A stretch of 64,000 bases of DNA, taken from positions 1,248,001-1,312,000 of the forward strand of contig OZ244070.1 of assembly GCA_965215605.1 (NCBI GenBank). Reading direction: 5' to 3'. The position numbers were made by a program, and so were the translations under genes. Shown here piece by piece: positions 19,850 through 28,176 of this stretch; position 1 is the first letter of the stretch, and each line of letters opens with the position of its first letter. Below the pieces are notes generated by a model that saw nothing but the letters and a program-made list of their open reading frames with translations, did no database searches and had not been told where the DNA came from. The stretch is from an uncultured Candidatus Binatia bacterium (GTDB lineage: Bacteria > Desulfobacterota > Binatia > UBA9968 > JAJDTQ01).

Positions 19850-20830
19850 TCACGCGGTGGAACCCATGCAACGGCGGGACAGATGCAGAAAAAACGGCAC
19901 GCTCAGCGCCGCGGAGTACCAAAGCGTGCTCACGCGCATGATTCCGACCATCGCCATGGCGCTTGCAGTCGAGTTGCCGGCGACACCGGCGATGAGCAGG
20001 GCCATCGTGAGTTCCTGACTGCCAATGCCTCCGGGGAGGAAGGTGATGACTCCCGCGACGTTGCCGAGGCCAAGGGCCGCCATCGCCGCCCGTAGCGGTA
20101 GCTCTCCTCCGATCACCGGCATGAGCATGTGCAATGCGACGGCCTCCATGCTCCATGCAAGCAGGCTCAATGACAGGAGCCTGACCAAGAGGGCCGGCTT
20201 CAGCAGCAGCGCGACGTTGCGGCAGACGGACAGCAGCAGCGCGAACCGACGCGGTCTTCGGCGGCCGGTTGCTGCCCAGAGTGCCTTGATCGCGCGTCGT
20301 GCCCAGCCCGGCAACGCCATGAGCATCACCAGTGCCGAGGCTGCAGCCAGACTCGGCGTCGCCAACCACCCGGGACCCGCGCCGAGCCCCAACCCCGCGC
20401 CCGCGAAAAGCAGGAGGGCGCAGAGATCGAGCAACCGATCACAGATCAGCAGTGGCAGGGTGCGGCGGTATCTCACCCGCCACAGGCGCCAGAGCACCCA
20501 ACTACGCCACAGCTCTCCGATGCGTCCAGGCGTGAGGTTCATGAGGAAGCCGCCGACATAGACCGTCGCGAGGCTGTTGGCCCGGACATCGAGGCCCGCC
20601 GTGTGAGCCAGCAACAACCACCGTGCCACCCGTACCGCAAAGCCGGCGGACGCAAAGGCCATAAAGGCCGGAACGACCCACCAAGGGGTCGCCGCAAGGA
20701 TAAGGCGCAGATCGGCTCTGAATGCGAGCAGGGACAGAGCCGCCAGCGCATAGACACCCAACAGGACTCCCAGCCAACGACCTGCGCGCGACCGGAAGGC
20801 GTCTCCGGCGCCACGGTGGCCAACGTCCAT
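19850..20830 (-). CDS. Lysylphosphatidylglycerol-synthase TM-domain (UPF0104/AglD2-like) flippase
   Basis: RVARW, TPGRIGE, DRLLD and PGGIGSQE motifs; polytopic membrane protein. Confidence 0.85.
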   Translation of the reverse strand: MDVGHRGAGDAFRSRAGRWLGVLLGVYALAALSLLAFRADLRLILAATPWWVVPAFMAFASAGFAVRVARWLLLAHTAGLDVRANSLATVYVGGFLMNLTPGRIGELWRSWVLWRLWRVRYRRTLPLLICDRLLDLCALLLFAGAGLGLGAGPGWLATPSLAAASALVMLMALPGWARRAIKALWAATGRRRPRRFALLLSVCRNVALLLKPALLVRLLSLSLLAWSMEAVALHMLMPVIGGELPLRAAMAALGLGNVAGVITFLPGGIGSQELTMALLIAGVAGNSTASAMAMVGIMRVSTLWYSAALSVPFFLHLSRRCMGSTA

Positions 20831-20843
20831 CTTCGGATGTACC

Positions 20844-21216
20844 TCAGTGCCAGACAGGAAGCTCGGCCCAAATGCGATAACCCGAGAAAAGGGCGGCCAG
20901 TGCACCTTCACCCTCCGTTCGCACCTCCCCGCCAGTGGAGTGGACTTGGCCAGCCGGCAGCTCGAGTTGATCGCAGATTTCAAGAGTACATGCGGCGAAG
21001 GTGTGGTGGCCGATGAAGCCGCCGGCGCCGGTCACGAGAAATCGGTTCATGTCGCTTGCACCTCGGCTCAAGGTTAGTTCAGGCGATACGCTGGCGCAAC
21101 AGGACACGCCCTCCCCTCCCTCGGGTCCAGGCGCCGTGTAACAACTCGTGGTACAGCCCGAGATTAGCCCTGACAATCTCCTTGATTCGGTTCGTGCTGA
21201 GAAGGGGCTCGCCGCC
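20844..21216 (-). pseudogene. Collapsed paralogous operon remnant (AftB-like 3' end, then epimerase 5' end fused to RGP-like 3' end)
   Basis: MNRFLVTGAGGFIGHH joined directly to TFAACTLEICDQLE...YRIWAELPVWH*; upstream DNA encodes GGEPLLSTNRIKEIVRANLGLYHELLHGAW. Confidence 0.85.
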
Positions 21217-21244
21217 CCTGGATTCCAGCTTTCGCGGGAACGAC
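21217..21244. repeat. CTGGATTCC..TTTCGC.G.AA.GAC palindromic repeat element; second copy at about 24752-24779
   Basis: ctggattccagctttcgcgggaacgac and ctggattccccctttcgccgaaatgac, each upstream of an Rpn gene. Confidence 0.65.
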
Positions 21245-21987
21245 GCTTTGAGGTGGCGGTGCCGTTTCCCGTTCGAGTGAAGTCCTGACCGGGACTTTAC
21301 TGCGGAACTGCCCGAAACCCCGTGGACGACTCACCCGGACCGCAACCTGAACCTAAAGTTTCGCGGCGCTCTGCCGATTCCTGTCTACAGGACAGGGATG
21401 TTTCCAATCCCCGTCACGCTCGTTCACGTCGGGGAGGGTCCTGTATGGCGGCGGAAATCGAACACCCGCATGACCGGCTGTTCCGCGCCGTCTTCTCCGA
21501 CGCCGCGGAAACCGCCGACTTGCTCCGCTCGGCCCTGCCACTGGACGTCTCGGACAAGGTCCATTGGGACAGCCTCCGGCTCATCGACGGCACCTTCATC
21601 GACAACGCCCTGCGGGAGAGCGAAACCGATCTGCTCTTCGAGGCCGGCTATGGGGAGGAAGTACGCCCGGTGCGGCTCTATCTGCTGTTCGAGCACCAAT
21701 CGACTCCCGATGCGTGGATGCCGTTCCGGTTGCTCAAGTATTGCTTCCGCATCTGGGATGCGGAACTGCGGGACGAGCCCGGGCTCACGAAACTGTCGCC
21801 CATCGTACCGTTGGTATTGTACCAAGGGAGCCGGCGGTGGCAGCATTCTACGGAGTTTGCGGACCTGTGTTGGTGGCAACTGTAAATTTCCCATTTATGG
21901 CAATCGAAAACTGCACACATTGATTGCTGGCGTGAGTGCTCGGGTCCAGGCTGTTGGCAAGACCAACAGGAACGGAGCGGAGCACAG

Positions 21988-23010
21988 ATGCACGGATGGG
22001 AGACGAGGATGCTGCTTAGGCACTATCTGGAACGGGGTGTAACGAAGACGGAGCTGTCGCGGCGGTTCGGGGTGAGTCGCCGGACGATCCACGAGTGGAT
22101 CGAGACAGGACAGTTGGACCGGGATCTGTCGGGAGGCGGGACGCGATACAGGGCGAGGCCGCCGGTGTGTCACAAGCTGGATCCGTACAAGGGGATCATC
22201 GAGGCGCGACTGGAGGAGTATCCGCGGTTGTCGGCGAAGCGGCTGTACGACGAGGTACGAGGGGCAGGCTACACGGGCGGGTACGTCCGTGTGAGGGAGT
22301 ACGTTCGGGCGGTGCGGCCAAGGGAGCCGGCGGAGGCGGTGGTGCGGTTCGAGACGCCGGCGGGACGGCAGGGGCAGGTGGACTTTGCGACGTTCACGCT
22401 TCCCTGGGGGCGGCGGCATGCTTTGGTGATGGTTCTGAGCCACTCCCGGCTGTTGTGGCTGCGGTTTTACCGGCGGCAGACGATGGCAGTGCTGATCGAA
22501 GGGCTGGAGAGCGCCTTCGAGTGCTTCGGCGGGGTGCCGCAGGAGCTCTTGTTCGACCAGATGCGGACGGTGGTGCTGTCGGACGGCCGCGCGGGCGGGG
22601 GCGAGTTGGTGTTGAACGCGGACTTCTTGCGGTTCGCCGCGCACTGGGGGTTCCGGCCTCGGGCATGCCGGCCGTACCGAGCCCAAACCAAGGGCAAGGT
22701 GGAGCGGCCGATCCGCTACATCCGCAACAACTTCTTCTACGGCCGGGAGTTCCTGAACGACGAGGACCTGAACGAGCAGGCGCGCTTGTGGCTTGAGGGA
22801 ACCGCGAACCGGCGCTGGCACGGCACCACCAGGGAGCGCCCGGTGGACCGCTTCGAGCGCGACGAGCAGCAGGCGCTGCTGCCGTTGGCGAGTTGCCCGT
22901 ATCGGCGCCTTGGTATGCACAGGCTTCCACAGCAAGCCCGGCGCCCCCTGCCCGTCACCGTAGACGTCGAGCGGCGCTCGCTCAGGGTCTACGCGGAGGC
23001 GGTGTCATGA
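21988..23010 (+). CDS. istA: IS21 transposase IstA
   Basis: HTH, RFETPAGRQGQVDF, LFDQMRT and QTKGKVER motifs. Confidence 0.95.
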   Translation: MHGWETRMLLRHYLERGVTKTELSRRFGVSRRTIHEWIETGQLDRDLSGGGTRYRARPPVCHKLDPYKGIIEARLEEYPRLSAKRLYDEVRGAGYTGGYVRVREYVRAVRPREPAEAVVRFETPAGRQGQVDFATFTLPWGRRHALVMVLSHSRLLWLRFYRRQTMAVLIEGLESAFECFGGVPQELLFDQMRTVVLSDGRAGGGELVLNADFLRFAAHWGFRPRACRPYRAQTKGKVERPIRYIRNNFFYGREFLNDEDLNEQARLWLEGTANRRWHGTTRERPVDRFERDEQQALLPLASCPYRRLGMHRLPQQARRPLPVTVDVERRSLRVYAEAVS

Positions 23011-23804
23011 GGGCCGAGGCAGGCAACCGGCGCGACCGGCTGCGGGCGATGCTGGCGGATCTGAAGATGCCGGGCGCGCTCGAGGCCGTCGACGACGTCC
23101 TGGCCCAGGCCGACAGCGGGGCGGCCACCGCCAGCGAGGCTATCGAGCAGTTGTTGGACGCCCAGATCGGGTTGCGCAACAACCGCCGCCTCCAGACCGC
23201 CATGCGCTCGTCGCGGCTGCCGGCCGTGAAGACCCTGGCCCAGTTCGACTTCGCCTTCCAGCCCAGCATCAAGCGCGAGCAGATCGAGAGCCTCCACGAA
23301 CTCGGCTTCCTGGATCGCCGCGAAAACGTCATTTTTCTCGGGCCGCCCGGGGTCGGCAAGACTCATCTGGCTATCAGCCTAGCCGTCGCCGCCGCCGAAT
23401 CCGGCCGCCGCGTCTACTACGGAACCCTGGCCGGACTGATCGAGTCGCTGCTGGAGGCCAAGGCCGCAGGCGAGCTCTCCCGCCGGCTGCGGGTCCTCAC
23501 CTATCCCGCCTTGCTCTTGGTGGACGAGATCGGCTACCTGCCGGTTACCCAGGACGGCGCCGTGCTCTTCTTCCAGCTCATCAACGCCAGGCACGAACGC
23601 GCCTCCACCGTGCTCACCTCCAACAAGGGCTTCGAGGACTGGGGCAGCGTCCTCGGCGACGAGGTCATGGCTGCTGCCCTCATCGACCGGCTCCTCCACC
23701 ACTGCCACATCGTCAACATCCGCGGCAACAGCTACAGGATGCGCGAACACCGCAACCTCATGCGGTCAGCCGACGAGCAGCCTCGCCAGGGAGGCGTCCT
23801 GTGA
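23007..23804 (+). CDS. istB: IS21 helper ATPase IstB
   Basis: GPPGVGKTHLA, LLVDEIGY and DRLLHH motifs; ATGA overlap with istA. Confidence 0.95.
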   Translation: MRAEAGNRRDRLRAMLADLKMPGALEAVDDVLAQADSGAATASEAIEQLLDAQIGLRNNRRLQTAMRSSRLPAVKTLAQFDFAFQPSIKREQIESLHELGFLDRRENVIFLGPPGVGKTHLAISLAVAAAESGRRVYYGTLAGLIESLLEAKAAGELSRRLRVLTYPALLLVDEIGYLPVTQDGAVLFFQLINARHERASTVLTSNKGFEDWGSVLGDEVMAAALIDRLLHHCHIVNIRGNSYRMREHRNLMRSADEQPRQGGVL

Positions 23805-24312
23805 GCGCCATGTCCTGCCGATCTGCAACCCGTCATGGCCTGGACTCCGCTCGCTCCGCTCCCTCCGTCCAGACCATGACCCATGAACCGAACCAACCGC
23901 AGAGCGTCACTTCTGCACGGACGCTCTTCTCGAAAGTGTGCAGTTTTCGATTGCCAAATGTGTGCAGTTTTCGGTTGCCATTGACAACCTGTTCCGAGAG
24001 GAGGTTCGGGGATGGCCGTGGGTGCCCCGGTTCGAGCACCTGCTGTTGGACCAGACGGAGATGGAGCCCGGCGGTGTGGAGGGTGGAGTGGCGGGCCGCA
24101 TCGCGCAGTTGTTGATGATGGCCGCGTCCGGAAGGCATGCTCGGGAGGCGTTGGAAGGGGCTGCGGGGCTGCTGGCGTCGCTGGTTCCGGGTGGCGCGGG
24201 AAGCCCATTTGGGATATTCGTTCTATATGTGATGGCAACACAGGACCGCGCGACGTGGGAGACCTTCACCACTGCGCTGAAGCGGCGTGAAAGCGGCCAG
24301 GAAGGAGACACC

Positions 24313-24561
24313 ATGGCATATGCTCACGAACTTCTCGCGGAAGGCCGGGAGCAGGGCCTCGAAGAAGGCATGCAACAGGGCATGCAGCAGGGCATGCAAC
24401 GGGGAATGCTACAGGGCGTGCAACGCGGCAAGGTGGAGACGGTGGAGGGCTTTTTGAAGGCCGGGGCGACATGGGAGATGATCGAGTCGGCCACCGGGCT
24501 CGACGAAGCCGGGTTCCGAGCCCTCAAGGAGCGGTTGGCGGCGGACACCGAGTCAAAGTGA
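24313..24561 (+). CDS. Putative internally initiated small Rpn C-terminal protein (RpnS-like), 82 aa
   Basis: Strong SD GAAGGAGA 4 nt before an in-frame ATG (MAYAHELL...). Confidence 0.65.
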   Translation: MAYAHELLAEGREQGLEEGMQQGMQQGMQRGMLQGVQRGKVETVEGFLKAGATWEMIESATGLDEAGFRALKERLAADTESK

Positions 24562-24994
24562 CCGGGAACCGTTCACTGGCTCCAACACAGGACGTTGGCG
24601 GGACGACCCGCTGTCTGGAATACCCCTTTTGCCGTCTCGCTGACCCGTAAACCGGGATCACCTCACTTATCGGCGTTAGTGCAGTTGGCCGCCACGATGC
24701 AGCCGGCGCAACAGCGCTGCCACCCTGTCCCTTGCAACTGCCATTTGCGCCCCTGGATTCCCCCTTTCGCCGAAATGACCGTTAGGGGTGGCTGCGCGCT
24801 GGGGTGCCCGGACGCTTCCCCGTTGGAGTGGGGTCTTGGCACAGACTGACCGGCGGAAACACCCGAGCCCTCCTCGACGTGTAGCCCGGACCAGCACCCA
24901 ACCTAAAGTTCCGCCGCACGGTGCCGATTCACAAGTACAGGACAGGGATGCTTCCAATCCCCGTCACTCTCGTTCACGTCCGGGAGGGTCCTGT

Positions 24995-25927
24995 ATGGCG
25001 GCAGAAATCGAACACCCCCATGACCGGCTGTTCCGTGCGGTCTTCTCCGATGCCGCCGAAACCGCCAGCCTGCTCCGCTCGGCCCTGCCACGGGACGTCT
25101 CGGACAAGGTCCATTGGGACAGCCTCCGGCTCATCGACGGCACCTTCATCGACGACGCCCTGCGGGAGAGCGAAACCGATCTGCTCTTCGAGGCGGGCTA
25201 TGGGGACAAAATATACCCGGTGCGGCTTTACCTGCTGTTCGAGCACCAATCGACTCCCGATGCGTGGATGCGGTTCCGATTGCTGAAGTATTGTTGCCGC
25301 ATCTGGGATGCGGAACAACGGGACGAGCCCGGGCTCACGAAATTGTCGCCCATCCTGCCGTTGGTCTTGTACCAAGGGAGCCGAGAGTGGCAGCATTCTA
25401 AAGAGTTTGCGGACCTGTTCCGAGAGGAGGTTCGGGGATGGCCGTGGGTGCCCCGGTTCGAGCACGTGCTGTTGGACCAGACGGAGTTGGAGCCCGAAAG
25501 CGTGGAAGGCGGGGTGGCGGGCCGCATCGCGCAGTTGTTGATGATGGCCGCGGCCGGAAGGCATGCTCGGGCGGCATTGGAAGGGGCTGCGAGGCTGCTG
25601 GCGTCGCTGGGTTCGGGTGGCGCGGGAAGCCCATTTGGGATATTCGTTCTATATGTGATGGCAACACAGGACCACGCGACGTGGGAGACCTTCACCACGG
25701 CGCTGAAGCGGCGTGAAAGCGGTCAGGAAGGAGACACCATGGCATATGCTCACGAACTTCTGGCGGAAGGCCGGGAGCAAGGCGCGCAACACACCAAGGT
25801 GGAGATGGTGGAGGGCTTTTTGAAGGCCGGAGTGACCTGGGACGTGATCGAGTCGGCCACCGGGCTCGACGAAGCCAGGTTCCGGACTCTCAAGGAGCGT
25901 CTGGCAGCGGACACCGAGTCAAAGTGA
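24995..25927 (+). CDS. Rpn-family nuclease/putative transposase, copy 2 (intact); internal RpnS-like start at 25739
   Basis: Same motifs as copy 1; GGAGGG RBS; 310 aa. Confidence 0.93.
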   Translation: MAAEIEHPHDRLFRAVFSDAAETASLLRSALPRDVSDKVHWDSLRLIDGTFIDDALRESETDLLFEAGYGDKIYPVRLYLLFEHQSTPDAWMRFRLLKYCCRIWDAEQRDEPGLTKLSPILPLVLYQGSREWQHSKEFADLFREEVRGWPWVPRFEHVLLDQTELEPESVEGGVAGRIAQLLMMAAAGRHARAALEGAARLLASLGSGGAGSPFGIFVLYVMATQDHATWETFTTALKRRESGQEGDTMAYAHELLAEGREQGAQHTKVEMVEGFLKAGVTWDVIESATGLDEARFRTLKERLAADTESK

Positions 25928-26059
25928 CCGGGTGCCGTCCGGTTTCCGGCCCGCGAGGTTGGTGAGTGCTTCTACCCAGGACCACCTCACTGGCAACACA
26001 GGACCGCGCGACCTGGGACACCTTCACCACGAAGCTGAAGCGGCCAGGAAGGAGACATC

Positions 26060-26284
26060 ATGGCGTATGCTCACGAACTTCTGGCGGAAGGCCGGGAGCA
26101 GGGCCTCGAAGAAGGCATGCAACGGGGCATGCTACAGGGCGTGCAACGCGGCAAGGTGGAGACGGTGGAGGGCTTTTTGAAGGCCGGAGTGACCTGGGAC
26201 GTGATCGAGTCGGCCACCGGGCTCGACGAAGCCGGGTTCCGGGCCCTCAAGGAGCGGTTGGCGGCGGACACCGAGTCAAAGTGA
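26060..26284 (+). CDS. Stand-alone Rpn C-terminal cassette (orphan RpnS-like), 74 aa
   Basis: Own GAAGGAGA RBS; near-identical to the C-termini of copies 1 and 2; no nuclease domain upstream. Confidence 0.75.
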   Translation: MAYAHELLAEGREQGLEEGMQRGMLQGVQRGKVETVEGFLKAGVTWDVIESATGLDEAGFRALKERLAADTESK

Positions 26285-26352
26285 CCGGGTGCCGTTCGGT
26301 GTCCCTTGAAGCCGGCGACCGATGGCTCGACCGGAAAGACATCCCGCAAATC

Positions 26353-28176
26353 TTATCGATTCGGAGCGACTCCTGGATGAACCCGATACAGGGCCGTTCC
26401 GTCCTGTTCCGTGACGGGGACAAGCCACCAGGGCGGATCGCCGGAGGCAAGCTGGTCACTGAGAAAGGCCGGTCGATCTCCATAGGCCGGCACGAACGCG
26501 TACTTCTGGCAGAACAGGATCGCATCGACGCCAAGCGCCCTTACGGTGGCAAGCGCCTCCTCCTCGGTGCCGGCGAAGATGCGGCGGTTGTTCGACAGCC
26601 CCTCCACGTTGCGATGATAGGGCGCGGCGAGAACCTTGTGGCGGGTGAGGAACAGGATGCGTGGCCCCACGTCGATGGGCGCCGCAATCGTTCGAACGCC
26701 GGCGCCCAAACCGGCGGGATCGGTAAGATCGCCAACCACGGACAGGACATCGCATTCAGCGTTCCCCCTATCCGCCGCCCGGTTCGAGCCCGGCAATAGC
26801 CGCGGCGGCACAACTACCGCGAGCATCAACAACAACGGTATACAGAGCCGTAACCCGATCCTCGCCGGCACGCTTTCCAAATCATCCACCCGTTTGTTGA
26901 CTGCCGCGGCTGGCAGAACCAGGGCGATGCTCGCCACCAGTCCGGCATAAGCTCCCCCCCGGATTTGCCAGGCGGCCAGCACTACGCCTGAAAGGACCAG
27001 CAGTGCCATGGCGGGCCAGCGCAGATCCGTCCGGTCCGAGGCGCGCATCCAGGACCAGCCCACGGCCACCAGTGCGGCGAGTGGCAGACTGACGGCGGAG
27101 ACGGCGGTACCCGGTTCCCGTTGGAAAAGACCCGCAAGCGATTGCGCTTCGGCCACTTTGTCGAGCCAGAAGCCTATTTCGTCGGAAAAGCTGGCATGAG
27201 GACTCCCCGCGCATTGGGGAAAGGCGGCCGCCACCGCCGCTAGCCCGACCATGCCCACGGCCGCCACCGTGGCGAATCGCACGGGCCAACGCGCCTCGGG
27301 CCGCAGGCGCCCGAAAGCCGTGGCAGCGGCCCCCGAGGCCAGGACCATGCCGCCCAGCGCCAAGTGAGGAAGGGACAGGCGATCACACGCGACGGTCGCC
27401 CACGCGGCCGGAGGCAGAGTGAGGAACAAGAGGATGACCGAGGTCGCGGCCAAGGCTCCGCCGAAACATGTCAACGCCGTGGCCGCCGGTCGGCCGCCCA
27501 ACACCCACGCCAGGCACAGGATGGTGGTGGCGGCGCCCAGGAACGGCAGGGTTTCGAGACCCACGGCCAGCGACGCGCCGCCTGCGATGCCGAGCCCCAC
27601 GGCCGCCCATGATCTTCCAGGCGCCAGGGACCGCAAGAGAAATCCGGCGCCCAGGGCGGTCAACACCAATTGCAGGCCGTGATGGTCGACCCGTCCCGGC
27701 AACATTTGCAGCAAGGGGATCACCAGAGCTGGCGTTGCCAGCACCGCGGCCGGCAATGCGGCGGCCCGGTCCGGGATCAGCGGGACGGCGGCCCAGAGGA
27801 ACAGCGCGGCAAACACTCCACCGAGCAGAGGCGGCGCCACCAGAACCGCAAAATCCACCGCCCTTGTGCGGCCGAGCCACGGTTCGGCCAGGGTGATGAC
27901 CGCGGCCAGGGGCAGATCGGCGAGCCGCGACCAGTGCATGTCCACGCCGGCCGGCGGATTCAGGCGCCGCTGCACCATGTCGTTCCAGCCCTGGCCGTCG
28001 ATCCAGTCGAGGACCTGCACCGCGCGCATGAAGTCGTCCGGACCCGCCAGCAGTCTGGCCGCTCCGCCGTCCCGGCCGAGACCGAAAGGCAACAGGGCCG
28101 CGAAGCACAGCACGGCGGCCAACGCATAGGGCAGGAAACCGGAAAGACGGCGCTCGTGCACAGGCGGTTCAGTCAT
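26353..28176 (-). CDS. STT3/AglB-like GT-C membrane glycosyltransferase
   Basis: GPDDFMR, MHWSRLADLP, RVDHH and AAPYHRN motifs; many TM helices plus a soluble C-terminal domain. Confidence 0.7.
   Translation of the reverse strand: MTEPPVHERRLSGFLPYALAAVLCFAALLPFGLGRDGGAARLLAGPDDFMRAVQVLDWIDGQGWNDMVQRRLNPPAGVDMHWSRLADLPLAAVITLAEPWLGRTRAVDFAVLVAPPLLGGVFAALFLWAAVPLIPDRAAALPAAVLATPALVIPLLQMLPGRVDHHGLQLVLTALGAGFLLRSLAPGRSWAAVGLGIAGGASLAVGLETLPFLGAATTILCLAWVLGGRPAATALTCFGGALAATSVILLFLTLPPAAWATVACDRLSLPHLALGGMVLASGAAATAFGRLRPEARWPVRFATVAAVGMVGLAAVAAAFPQCAGSPHASFSDEIGFWLDKVAEAQSLAGLFQREPGTAVSAVSLPLAALVAVGWSWMRASDRTDLRWPAMALLVLSGVVLAAWQIRGGAYAGLVASIALVLPAAAVNKRVDDLESVPARIGLRLCIPLLLMLAVVVPPRLLPGSNRAADRGNAECDVLSVVGDLTDPAGLGAGVRTIAAPIDVGPRILFLTRHKVLAAPYHRNVEGLSNNRRIFAGTEEEALATVRALGVDAILFCQKYAFVPAYGDRPAFLSDQLASGDPPWWLVPVTEQDGTALYRVHPGVAPNR

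Larger units (their letters stand above)
21868..23986 (+). mobile_element. IS21-family insertion sequence (2119 bp) with 5-bp ACCTG target duplication
   Basis: TG...CA ends; ACCTG at 21863-21867 and 23987-23991; multiple GGCAAyCGAAAACTGCACAC terminal repeats. Confidence 0.95.
21445..24561 (+). pseudogene. Rpn-family recombination-promoting nuclease (PD-(D/E)XK), copy 1, interrupted by IS21
   Basis: HPHDRLF, SETDLLF and LFEHQS motifs; the two halves rejoin at EFADL|FREE, matching intact copy 2. Confidence 0.93.

Noticed and set aside
21868-21920. Short spaced repeats (also 23935-23986) that could suggest a CRISPR or iteron array
   Set aside because: They are the multiple terminal repeats of the IS21 element; there are no unique spacers or cas genes.
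24313-26284. Rpn C-terminal repeats as a diversity-generating retroelement TR/VR pair or a shufflon
   Set aside because: No reverse transcriptase or invertase is present, differences are not adenine-specific, and all copies are in direct orientation.
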